Origin: Guillardia theta CCMP2712
Taxonomy: Eukaryota; Protista; Cryptophyta
Assembly: GCF_000315625.1 (NCBI RefSeq)
Contig: NW_005434609.1
Location: 200,763-237,797 of the forward strand
Reading direction: 5' to 3'
Length of the DNA: 37,035 bases
Of the stretch, positions 11,771-22,860 are shown piece by piece. A model generated the notes under the pieces. The model saw nothing but the letters and a program-made list of their open reading frames with translations. It did not search any database and was not told the DNA's origin. Every line of letters begins with the position of its first letter. Within the stretch, counting starts at the first letter, position 1. The position numbers and the translations under genes are program-made.

Positions 11771-14700
11771 TCAAAACATCAACATCAACATCCTAACATT
11801 CATACATAACTTACATGTGCGGTGGTGAATGAGAACGAGACGCACCAGTAACTGTGAAGAAGTCACTTCTCATAATCAACGACCATGACGGCAAAACTGA
11901 CATGAAACATGCTTGAGGCAGCTGATAAGTAAGAGGCAACATGGTGAAAGCCATCAGTTGCCCGACCTGTTCCGTCGAGAAGAATCAGGAAAACATGACA
12001 TGTTACACTCGTGTCACAACAGACAACAAGACGGCTGCATGTGCCACATCGTGACATCTGATATCATTGCTGCGGTTGTGATCACCATCTTCAACGTCGG
12101 AAGGTTCTTGAATGCAATGTGCAGGTTCATCATCATCAACCCAGTGCTGCTGAGAGTGTAAGAAGTTGAGAACATCGCAATGAAACGAGAATGCAGACAG
12201 AAGGACAGCAACAAAGTAACCGCGACCAACTCCAAGGACACACAAAGGAAGGGAAGGAGGTGATGAGGGACCGGGAAGCAGGTAGGATCAGAAGGGAGGG
12301 CCCGGAGGGAGATCAGTCTCCACGTTCCATCACCTCAAACACGGCAGAATCAGCATCTCCGGAGCATCGAAGTTGATCTTGAGAAATCCAATCATGGCGC
12401 TATCGGTGAGGTCCTGGAGGGGAGGGAGCAACGGATAAGAATCCTCCTCCTCAGTCTCGACGGCCTCACCTTGAACCACCACAACCCTCCTTGCGCAAAC
12501 TCCTCCGCCATGTCTCCGAAGCAAAACTTCCTGATCGCGATGGAGTTGCACAGGAAGATCTGAAATCAAGTGATCCCGTCAGCGTCGTCATGCTGCTAGG
12601 GGGTCATGGCACATCGTCCAACCACATCATCATCGAAGTCTCAAGAATGATTGTGTTATCACGATCTTCGACAGCGTGAAGAGTTCATCAAAATGCTGTT
12701 GATGATCATGATAACAAGATCATCGTTGTCAACTCCATTATCATCAATTTTCCTCATCATCATTATCATCCTCATTATCTCCATCATCAAAATGTTTCCT
12801 CCATCATGATCATCATCATCATCATCATGTTTCCTCCATCTGCATTGTCTCCATCATCATCATTTTCTCCATCCTCTCAATCTCAATCTCCACCAACACC
12901 ATCTTCAGCCATCGGCATCCTCGTCCCTCACACCACAGCATCCTCCTTAGTCACAGACCGGAAGCTGCATCATGGGGCTGATCCAAGACTTTATCGGAGA
13001 GCACTGCACAAGTTGTGAGAGCACAGTTGCGCAGCCCCAGGACTGCCTCGTCAAGGAGGAGCATACAACACCTGCTGCTCTCTCCAGATCTTCCTCGAGC
13101 CTTGGAGGAAGGTAGAATATGTCGACAGCAGGTGGGACCACGAGGCAAAGCCAGCTGGCTGCAAGGAGGGAGAAGGTATGAGGAAGTGAAGACTTAGAGG
13201 GGAAAGTGAGAGGGGGGAGGGGAGCAGGGGAGACAGGGTTGTGGAAAGAGAGCCAAAAGTAGGAGAGAAGTGAAGGAGGAGAGAAGTGAAGGAAAGTGAA
13301 AGGGGAGAAGAGAGCAGGAGGAGAGGGGGGGAGAAAGGAAATGAAGGCAGAGGAGACAAGAGCGGAGTAGGAGACGGTAATATGAAACCAGCAGGACAGA
13401 AATGTACCTTGCCGTCGATGGTTCTGGGTGTGAGTTGGTGATAAAGCTGTGAACATGATGAGAAAGTCAAGGAATCAGAAGAGGGAGGGAGTAGGAGAGG
13501 TAGGAAGGAGCAAAGAAGGGAAAAACGGCAGGTTATTGGCATCGAGAAAGGAGGAAAAGAAAAGAGAGGAGTGGGGAAGCGGGGAAGAAGAAAGAAGAGA
13601 GGTCGATCAAGCACAAGGGAGAGGGAAAAAGGAGCTGTGAAGGAAGGGGGGGAGGAGTTTGGAAGGGGAGGACCTTGCGGGCTTGCGGAGTGACTTTCAT
13701 CACGAACTTGTGTGTATTCCTCTCCGAGTAGATTTGGAGGGGAATGAACGACAAACTGATTGACCAGTGTCAAAGTCCGAGGATGAGAACTCTCGTGTAG
13801 TGAGATCGAGGATGAGAACTCTCGTGTAGTGAGATCGAGGATGAGAACTCTCGTGTAGTGAGAACGAGATGTCAGGGAGTGTCGTTTGAAAACAAGCACA
13901 AGTGCGAAATGTTCTTGTCTTCCTCACCGCAGGATAAGAGTACCAATACAGATCGTAAACGCCCAGCTCAAACCCTGTGCAAGACCACGTGTGACAAGGT
14001 CGGCAGGATACTTGCTTCCCCTCTGACCGTGTTAGCATGTAGAGCTATCAAGGCGTCGGAGAAGAAACCAGAGCCGATCTTGAAGAAGTCCTGTGTGCAA
14101 TGAATCGTTTCAGTCACCAAGATCGGGAGAGAGAAGAGGGAGAGGGAGGAGGGCGGGAGAGGGAGGGGGAGGAGGGAAGGAGAGGGAGGAGGGAGGAGGG
14201 AGGAGGGGGAGAGAGGAGGGAGAAGAAGGCAAGGGGCAGGAGCAGACTTACAAACTCTTCTATCATTTTCCACCAGTTGTCCTGCACTGTCTCATCATCT
14301 CACCATAAAACCTCGCTCCACAACACCTCTGCTGTGGAAGCGATCAACACATTCTGTATCTCCATCCCCGCTGCACTCAGTGACATGTCGGGAGCTCCCT
14401 GGGATGAAGTCGCAAACAGCGGCAACCCCAACATGGACATCTGCATGCAGGCATCAAGCGTGAAACTAACATTCTCCTGACTCACTCGGCTCGACAAGAA
14501 TGAAGAGCAAGGAGATGATGACGTGCGCATCTTTGCATCTTCCTCCTACATCATACAGATGTCAACAAACTTCATCGGAGCCCTTGAACAGAAAGACCGC
14601 GTTGTCTTTGCCGGCATGCACTTGCGACGCTGTTGAACGTGTCACAGTCCTGAGCTGGAACCCCAACAATTCCTTCACTCTGGAGAAGGAACGGAAACCC

Positions 14701-14861
14701 TGTTGGATGTTTGGTTCCTTGCCCACTGTTGCGCTGTAGTTCCTGGGAGGGATGCGTGAGACTTCGGTGATGCTGGTATTCCAGTGCAACGCTCGAGCCG
14801 GGCGATCATGTCTGCTGAAACATACGAAGAACTTGAGTGTGTTTGAAGAGAGTCTGTTCAT
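10610..14861 (-). CDS. Large multi-exon hypothetical protein with a possible mitochondrial presequence (could be more than one gene)
   Basis: Putative exons: MNRLSSNTLKFFVCFSRHDRPARALHW..RNYS..RSFS (Arg/Ser-rich)|ENVSFTLDACMQMSMLGLPLF..|DFFKIGSGFFSDALIALH..|SWLCLVVPPAVDIFYLPPRLEEDLERAA|..DSAMIGFLKINFDAPEMLILP|..KLRAKVEEVVQEKREK|GEIVALPKLNISFEKE|DGKMKMKIDFHMS*. No family recognised. Confidence 0.5.
13778..13866. repeat. 29-bp minisatellite x3 (CGAGGATGAGAACTCTCGTGTAGTGAGAT), probably intronic
   Basis: Three consecutive near-identical units with no spacers. Confidence 0.9.
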
Positions 14862-15493
14862 CCTTTGCCTGTAGAGTACGGGTTCTACAGGCAAATCAAA
14901 CGCCCCTGCTCAAATGGTCAAGTCAGAGATGGCTTCAGTGCTCGATCTAGAAATACGATGCTATGCACGTAAGGAACATTGCGAGAGAGGACATGGGAGA
15001 TATGATAGGAGGGGGGAAGGGGGAAAGAGGGGGGGGGGGGAGGGGGGGGGAGATGGATGCTGGGAATATGGGAATTGGTCGTTTTTTCCACATGCTTTAG
15101 CTCCATTCTATCATCTCGTGTAATTCCCTAGTGATAGGTTGAGGGTTTCTCCTCTCTTTCTCCACCACCACCACCTCCTCCTCCTCCTCCTTTTCCTCCT
15201 GCTCCTCCTGCTCCTGCTCCTCCTGCTCCTGCTCCTAATCTACCTGCTCCTGCTCCTGCTCCTCCTGCTCCTCCTGCTGCTGCTAACTCCTATTCCTACT
15301 CCTCCTGCTCCTGCTCCTACTCCTACTCATCATCCTCCTCCTCCTACTCCTAATCCTACTCCTACTCCTACTCCTACTACTCCTCCCACTCCTCCTCCTA
15401 CTACTACTCCTACTCGTGTCCTCTCCTCCTGTTCCTGCTCCTACTACTACTCATCGCTCTTCCACCCCATTCTCCCGGGAGAAAAGCCCCGGC

Positions 15494-15804
15494 TTTTACT
15501 CAAAGTTAAGTTAAAAAATCACTGAGTGCCTCAGAGTCTCACACGCCGGTGTCGGGTCGGACTGTGCTCCTGCGCGGCCCGCCGCCGCCCGGACTCCTCA
15601 GCTCGTGCCGCGGCGCGGCCGCCCACTGCACCGTGAGTACGGTGTAACTTAGCTTGGAACAGGCATTGAGGCCGTTAGGAGGGCTTGTTTTCCCGGAGTC
15701 CAGAGTACGGTATCGGTGCCAGCACCCGGGCGGCACGACGGCCTCGGATCACTGAGTCCGTCACAAGTACGGTACTGACTGGTTTAACTTAACTTTGAGT
15801 AAAA
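15494..15804. promoter_or_regulatory. GC-rich island bracketed by a perfect 22-bp inverted repeat (TTTTACTCAAAGTTAAGTTAAA) in a divergent intergenic region
   Basis: 15494-15515 is the exact reverse complement of 15783-15804. The same motif recurs at 19281-19329. A regulatory role is inferred from position only. Confidence 0.55.
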
Positions 15805-15900
15805 AGGACTGGAAGTTCAAGTTTAACTCAGAATTCACTGTCGGCGGGCCGGGCCCGGTCCCGGACCGTACTGCGGTTCCGAAGGACTAGCAAGCAAGCT

Positions 15901-17063
15901 ATGGCGGCCGAAAGGATTAGCAAGTACCGTGAAGACGCGCAGGAGCTGCTGGCAGGTGAGGTGGAGAGAGACGAGAGGAGGAGAGACAACAAGTACATGA
16001 ACGAGGAAAGAATGTCAGACGCGCCCTAGACCGTTATTAGGTTGCAATCTAGCCCTTTCATGTTGGAGTCAAGAGGATACGATGAACGTGCAGGCAGCCA
16101 ACATCGAGTCTTACATTAGAGAGGAAATGAAAGAGGGCAGGAATCATGGTATGTGCTGAGATTGCTCCTGCTCTAGCAAAGCCGATGAAGTACGAGAAAG
16201 TAAAAAGCGAGATGTCAAGGCTGCAGACATGGCTGAGGAAACATCAAGACGAATCCGTCGCAGATGGCAGGTATGACTGAACACTCACTGTAGCTGTGAC
16301 TGAAGATTCACTGACATTGACCAACCCTCCATGATTGCTTGCTGATACGATGATATGCTGTCTTCCTCTCTTCATGCTCATTCCCAGCAAGCAAGAGCTG
16401 CTTTCAACCATTCAGTCATATTACAAGGCGGCGGTCTCAGAACCTGAGCAGCTTCGGGATGCTGCCTTTGCCCTGGTATGGGGGAAGGCGCCTGCCAGTT
16501 CTGGTGGGCTCAACTGACGCCCGAGGCCTTGTGGTGGCTCAGGTTGATGACTTGTTGAAGCTACCGGAGGGCAAACTTGTGAGCCTGACCTGAACGACTT
16601 ACGGACTTTGAGACCGGGCCGAGCAGGTTACGGGCAAAGCCAAGAAATCTTGCCTCAAGTGGCTCGAGACGTTGACAGAGGGCGGCGGATCGGTGCTCAT
16701 GAGCTTGCCATGATCGATAATGTGAATGGAGGTGCTTTGAAAAGGAATCGAAGGCAGTGGAAACGTCACGCTCAAGCAAGTGGCAGGTCATCGAAGTCCA
16801 AGATGACAAAGGTGAAGAAGATTGCAGTCTTCAATGGTTGATGAGTTCCCTTGGTGACAGTCACCATCATGGACGAGGATACCGGAGACACAAGAGAAGG
16901 GATTTCGGTCAAGGACAAAGAACTTTTATTGCAAATCACAGTAATCAGCGAAACAAGATGTCTAGACATTTGACAGAAGCTTGCGCAGGAGGCTTTTGAA
17001 ACCGGCGATGTCACCTACGTTATGGTCTCTCCTAGTGGAGAGCTTGAGAAACTCTTACAATGA
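15901..17063 (+). CDS. Multi-exon protein with an unknown helical N-terminus and a C-terminal eIF5A-like OB fold
   Basis: MAAERISKYREDAQELLA|GCNLALSCW..|..KQELLSTIQSYYKAAV..|VDDLLKLPEGKL|VTGKAKKSCLKWL..|WQVIEVQDDK|VTIMDEDTGDTREGISVKDKELLLQIT|EAFETGDVTYVMVSPSGELEKLLQ*. The last ~60 aa resemble the eIF5A C-terminal domain. No hypusine motif. Confidence 0.6.
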
Positions 17064-17085
17064 AAATATTCTTTTCCTCACACCT

Positions 17086-18403
17086 TCAAAGATTACGAAT
17101 GTCGATAGGCCATTGCTCGAGTTGATAAGCACTGTCCCAAAACCTGTCGCAAAATCAAGATTTTGACTCTAGAGCGCTATGAAAATAGGATGATGAGCGA
17201 TTACATCCATTCGAATCTTGCAGCCGTCATGAACGCCTCTAGCATCTCTTTCCGAACCTGACAAAACATCAGACACTACGATCAGTTTCAGTCATAACGC
17301 AGTCTGCACCTCACTAGAAGCTTTCCTTGCGAGATCATCTACGATGGAAACTGCTTTTTTGGTCGCAATGTCGAATTCCTCTCCACCCTGGATACCCAAA
17401 ATGTGAAGGGTAAAAAAAAAGCGTGACAATCCAAGATTACATATGTTCTGATCCAGTCCTTGAATGGGTTCTTGTCAATATCGGCCGAGTTCTTGTGACT
17501 GAGGTCTTGGATGTAGTTGCCAACCTGAGCTATCTTGGTCAGCAAACAAATCACAGCGTACACGTCACTTTTGCCTCATGATAAATAGTGTAGCAACTGA
17601 GGTAAAGGTCTGTCAGAATCATCCAATCCAAAGAAAATCAAGAGAAAGTCTTACGGAATGACTGCAGCAAAAGCGACTTCATAAGGTCTAGAGGCCACAG
17701 TAGCCATCAAGAAATCCGTGTAACCGGATGAGGTTCGTGACTGCTCAGTCGATTTAAAAATTTCATCGGTACTGCATTATCAGTTAAAAGGAAGAAAAGC
17801 TGCCCCTGAGCATCGAACGAGGCATCGAAAGCGAGCAACTTACACATTCAACTGTTTCAGGAAAGAATCATGCAACGAACCTTCAACAGACTACCAGTAA
17901 ATGTTAGGATAACTAGAAAAAAATGGAATCCTGGCAGAGCTTTTACCACGGCAGAATTCGATGCAAGAGCCATAGTTTGCGTGATGGAAGGGTTTGGCGC
18001 TTTGGCTGCGAGCATGGCCAAAACCTGTTCATGGACATGTTGATGTTTTCACAGCAGTGCAACATATTTCTCATCAACCTTTGAGTATTCCTTCAGGTAC
18101 AGCGAATCCTGGATGATGTAGAAACGAAATCGTTCTTTTGAGAGGCTTCCATCGATCAATTCTCGAATAAATGACATCTGAATGATTGAGTTTCGGATAG
18201 AAGAGATTCTCTCCATGGCATATTTGGTGAAACCTTCTTGACATTGCTGTATCACCGACAAGGAAAGTCAGAATCTTTATCTGAATCAGCATGCTTCATA
18301 CTTGATCAGTGATCTCGGAAGTGAAGGCACCCGAGATACCGGAGGCTTGTGGCAGAAGAATTGCAGTAACAATAAACAGGCCGAAGAATGCTTGATGATT
18401 CAT
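17086..18403 (-). CDS. tenA: TenA / thiaminase II (aminopyrimidine aminohydrolase, Cys-type) with an N-terminal signal peptide
   Basis: FIRELIDGSLSKERFRFYIIQDSLYLKEY|..GYTDFLMATV..YEVAFAAVIP|CYTIYHE|VGNY..PFKDWIRTY|..EEF..|FMTAARFEWM|FWDSAYQLEQWP. All TenA motifs are present, including the catalytic Cys of PCY. First exon: MNHQAFFGLFIVTAILLPQASGISGAF. Confidence 0.9.
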
Positions 18404-18929
18404 CCTGTGATGAAAAATTATTTCGATGCATTTTTGCTTGCTGTTCCGTTCGCTAGCCTGCAACATAGTGCTGTTTCCTTTGGTTTCAAAGTCGTCTGCT
18501 CAAAGTCCTTCGAACCAGCACCCTCAGTCCTTCTTTAGCTCTATCTGAATTTCTTGCTATGGACATCCCAGTCTCTGTCTCTGTCTCCGTCTCCGTCTCC
18601 GTCTCCGTCTCCGTCTCCGTCTCTGTCTTGCCCACCTGCCTGTCTGTTCCCTTCCCCTTCTCGTAACACCTTTCGTGGGCGTGTATCTCGTGTCTGTCCT
18701 TCTATGTTACCATTCATCATCCTCGTATCGCATCTATCCCTTTCAGCCTCCATGATCCTTTCTCTCATCTCTTCCTTCAACCTCCTGCTCCTCCCATCCT
18801 CCTCCCTCCTCCCCCTTATCGAACATGCGTGCGACTGATCCCTGGCCACCCTACTTTGCGCCCCTCGATCCGCAAACTACCCCCACCCTCAGAATAGAAT
18901 GGGAGAGGAGGGGTAAACGATCTGTTTGT

Positions 18930-19329
18930 TTCCTGCTGGCCGGGCAAATTCCGAGTCAAACGATGGCATCACGGCGGATTCAAGCCCGGGCCCGGCCGGC
19001 CGGGTCCTGCCCGTTTCAAATGGTCCGGAGTCCGCTGGCGGCCCGGGGTCCATTGTCCACTGAGCCACTGCCAGGCCCGGCGCGTGACTCGCGGCCCGGG
19101 GCCCGAGACTGACGGACCGGGCCAGGGTACGGTCCGAGACCGTACACTGCTGCTGGCACCGGGGGCCGCCGCCGCCGGGGTCACTCAGGAGGAGTCCGGG
19201 CCGGGCGGCTCAGGGCCCTGACAGGCCCCGGCCGCTCCCGGGCCTCATTGGTCACGGCTCGGCGGCCCGTCTCTTTCAGCACTCAAAGTTTAGTTAAAAA
19301 TCTTTTTACTCAAAGTTAAGTTAAAAATC
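18930..19329. promoter_or_regulatory. GC-rich island followed by two tandem copies of the ACTCAAAGTTAAGTTAAAAATC motif; divergent promoter region
   Basis: CCGG/GGCC-dense tract at 18930-19270; motif copies at 19281-19302 (one mismatch) and 19304-19329. Confidence 0.5.
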
Positions 19330-19880
19330 AGTACGAGGATAAAAATCAGTCACAGATGAGTAGCCCGATGCAAGGCGGTCTTACTGCAGTTTCCCTCTAT
19401 GCGGCAGGACAGCAGATTGTTGAGAAAGCACGCCCTCTTCCTCTTTGATCGAATCTAGAACTCAAGCTCTACCTTGTTCTCCGGCCTACACTTCTCTTTC
19501 TTCCACCTTCTTCCATCTTTCCTTTCTCTCCTCCCTCCTCCCTCCTCCCTCCTCNNNNNNNNNNNNNNNNNNNNNNNNNNNNNNNNNNNNNNNNNNNNNN
19601 NNNNNNNNNNNNNNNNNNNNNNNNNNNNNNNNNNNNNNNNNNNNNNNNNNNNNNCCTCTTCCTTTCTCTCCTCCCTCCTCCCTCCTCCCTCCTCCCTCCT
19701 CCCTCCTCCCTCCTCCCTCCTCCCTCCTCCCTCCTCCCTCCCCGTCTTCTCCCCTCGCGCCCCCCGGACTTCCCCCCCCCCCCTCTTCCTTTCTCCTTCC
19801 TGCCCCCCTCCCCTTTTCCCCTTCCTCTCCCCCCCTCTCCTCCCCCCTCCCCGTCCTCGCTACCACATTCCCTTCGAGCC

Positions 19881-20983
19881 ATGCAAGCTTCACTCGTAGT
19901 TGCATTGCTCTTCATCCGATCCTCTCACGCGATGATCTCGGGCCTTCATACGAAAGCGGTCATGCCAACAATAATCGATCGGAGGGACGAAAGTCGCGCA
20001 GGGGGGTTTGAAGAGACCATTGTGTTCCTCCATCACAACTACGATGAGCGATCCAGAGTCAAGGTAGTCGGCTCATGGTCAAACTGGACGACCCTGCACC
20101 CCATGGGCTACACAGGGAGCAGCTGCTGGCTCGTCAACCTTGAGCTCAGCCCAGGTCTGCATGAATTTCGGTTCGTGGTGGATGGAAGGTGGGAGCTCTC
20201 TATCGCGCATCCTTCCAAGGTTTCGTATGCTCGACAGGGTGAGTTTGTTGCGCAGCGACTTCATTCCTCACTGTTCTGCTCACAGTCTGTAGTATTGGCC
20301 GCCATCAGCTCCCGAAGAGAAGCAATTATGTTGTGATCCCCGACATCGTTGGACCATCGGCGATGTTGCAGCCCTCTGATGTAACAACCACCTTGCCTTT
20401 GGTGTTGGACTGAGTTTTTTCCTTTCAGAAACAGCACACAGCAAGTTGTGCAAGGCCGAACATACTCGGATGGCTCAACATTTCCAAGAACAAGATAATG
20501 ATATCCATCATCTTATGCCTTGCCGTCGGGCTCTTTTACTTGATGCCGACGGCCTCTCTCCTGCTGAGGGATTTTATAACACTCCTTAGCAGTCAGTTGC
20601 CGGATATGAGAAGACGAAGCTTTCAGGATGCCAGCAGAGCGAGGGGAGAAATCAATCTGACGAGGAAAAAGACATCCGAACCTCCAACCGTCCTTCCAGC
20701 GAGCGAGGAAAGGCCCAACCTCCACGAACCTCCTCGTCCAAGGGGCGATGTGGAGCAGCCGAACCCCCCGGGACCACCACTTGGAAGGAAGGAAGAGATT
20801 TCAACTTCCTCTGCACCCGTCAAGGTTGATCCGGCCGAGAGGTCGCACACAGACAAAGTTCAACACCAACGAGCAGAAACAAGCTCTGGCAGTAGACAAC
20901 AAACCCTAACAGGTGCAAGCGACTCAGAAAATTCTCCGAGTTTGTGGGCAGAGTTGTGGGCAGTGGCCACGAGCGTAAGTTGA
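19881..20983 (+). CDS. Signal peptide + CBM48/AMPK-beta-type glycogen/starch-binding domain + transmembrane helix + disordered tail
   Basis: Signal peptide MQASLVVALLFIRSSHA. CBM signature VKVVGSWSNW..W..LELSPGLHEFRFVVDGRW..NYVVI. TM segment IMISIILCLAVGLFYLMPTASLLL. Two GT-AG introns give a continuous frame. Confidence 0.8.
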
Positions 20984-21107
20984 TCAGGGCTGGAAGAAAA
21001 CTAGAGCTGTAGCAACAGACAAGAAGCATTGTATACACCCAAGGTCAAGTTTGCTTGCCATATTTGTAGATTATCTCACTCAAAATAATAATGAAAAGTA
21101 GTCACAT

Positions 21108-21797
21108 TCATTTCAGTTTCGAAGCGATCCAGTCCAATCCTTCACGATGCCCTTCACCTGTCAGAGCGCACGCTGCTTGGATGTGCCATTCGTGCGATCT
21201 GATGCTGTGCAAGAGTAGACTATCAGAGATCTCCACCGCCGTCATCGCATCCTATCATGCAAGTCAACATCAAGATCGCTTACAAGCAAGACAACCCTCA
21301 GATCCTGCTTGTTTGCAAGAATTAAGATGACTGCCTTCTTGAGATCTTCGTGCGTTAACAAATTCCTCAATTCATCCCGCACAGAGGAGATCCTGTCTCT
21401 GTCTGTGCTGTCCACGACAAGAATGATTGCATGCGCGTTGACATAATACGAGCCCCATGATGGCCGCAATGATTCCTGGCCACCAAGATCCCAGCATTCG
21501 AACCTAAGTCACAGGATGAGATGTAAAGAAAGCACGACAGTCAGAGGTCAACCGAATATTGTTATGAACAACTTCTTCCACGTTGCTCCCGATTGTTGGC
21601 TGAGTCACAACAACATCTCCAAGATTTAATCGATACAACGTTGTCGTCTTGCCAGCATTGTCCTGTATCGGAACAAAAGGGAGTCAATATCAAGATTAGA
21701 TGGCTCAAAGCTTACAACGAACCAATCCAATGATGATGATCTTGTAGCTTCCACTTGAGAACAATCTTTCCCACAGCTTCGAGAAAAGAACCCCCAT
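21108..21797 (-). CDS. ARL5: ADP-ribosylation factor-like GTPase, ARL5 subfamily (4 coding exons)
   Basis: MGVLFSKLW (Gly2 myristoylation), GL|[49 protein letters not shown] and GQESLR are ARL5-type. Confidence 0.9.
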
Positions 21798-22349
21798 CTA
21801 TCAACTCGACGAAGAACTAATCCTCAATCCAATCAAGGTAATCTCTTGAGAACATCTTGATGGGCAAGCCCGGCAAGTAACCTGCATATTCATGTTGTCA
21901 GATGCTAATGTATACCTCCAAATAATTCCTGTCATCAGACAAGCCTGCTTCATTGACATCTTCAATCATGCTTCAAATATCCTTGCCCTGATGCAAATAT
22001 TTTCTGCAAACCAAACTCTCTCACTCTGACTGCTCTTGTTTCTGCTATAGTCTCTGCCTGCCTCTCAGTCATCGTCTCTATCACTGCCCGACCCATCCAC
22101 CATCGACCTCGAACCCAGCATCTCTGTCCTGCGCTGTTTCACTGCCTGCCCTCGTTGTCACTGCTTGTGTCTACTCCACTGCTTCCTCCTACAATACTTT
22201 CACTCCTTTCCCAGTTCCCCCTCCTACTCATCCTCCTCCTCCTCTCCCACCCGTGTAATGTGTGCTATTCCCAAACACCAGGTACCCCACCCCTCCAAAC
22301 ATCTCCATCGTTGCTAATCAAATTTTACTCATCGAATCCGATGTTACAA

Positions 22350-22860
22350 ATGAGGCGGGCCTGGACCTGGAGCCGCATCACAGGAGACTCTCCGTCACGT
22401 GACAGCCCGGGAAGGCTTCAGCCAGGGCCCGGCCCACGGTCACTGATCCGATCCGAGTGACTGATCGGGTGACACAGGCTTGGCAACTTTGAGGCTCTCA
22501 TCGGCCGGGCCCGGTCGGATGCCACATCGCACTGTGCGGCATCATCCGATGATCCGGATCACCCGGCCAGGCGACTGACCAATCACGGATCGGACTCAGT
22601 GGGACCGGGGACTGGACGCCCGGACGGCCGGGCCCGGGGCCGCGCGGCACGGTCCGCCGCCCGGCCCTCCGCGACTCAGTGAGCGGCGGGCCATCGTGTC
22701 CGAGCCCGGGCCTGAGAGCCGCCTGCGTGACTGCGGTAGGCTTAAGTATCGGAGCCCCCGACCGTACGGTCGCCGCCGGCCCGGCGGCGCCGGGTGGCCC
22801 AGTGGCCCGGACCGGGACGTCCCGGCGGGCCGGACTCGTCCCGGCCGCGCCCGGATGCTG
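22350..22860. promoter_or_regulatory. GC-rich island in the ARL5/VPS13 divergent intergenic region
   Basis: Very high CCGG/GGCC/CGCG density with recurring ACTCAGT/GTGAC/CGTACG words; non-coding codon pattern. Confidence 0.5.

Noticed and set aside
5900-11810. Many ORFs encoding poly-S/P/E/L/H/A or GA repeats
   Set aside because: They are stop-free translations of intronic or intergenic microsatellites, or antisense to the polyQ tract.
15494-15804. Confident MITE call
   Set aside because: No target-site duplication or transposase is visible, and the same motif occurs as a direct tandem elsewhere. Kept only as an open finding.
15901-17063. Calling this gene bona fide eIF5A
   Set aside because: It lacks the invariant hypusine loop and the N-terminal SH3-like domain.
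17086-18560. TPP riboswitch in the TenA 5' region or introns
   Set aside because: I could not find the conserved CUGAGA...ACCUGA arrangement in the segments I read by eye. An Infernal RF00059 scan would be decisive.
19881-20983. Calling this gene an AMPK/SnRK1 beta subunit
   Set aside because: It has a signal peptide and TM helix, and no C-terminal ASC/AMPKBI domain.
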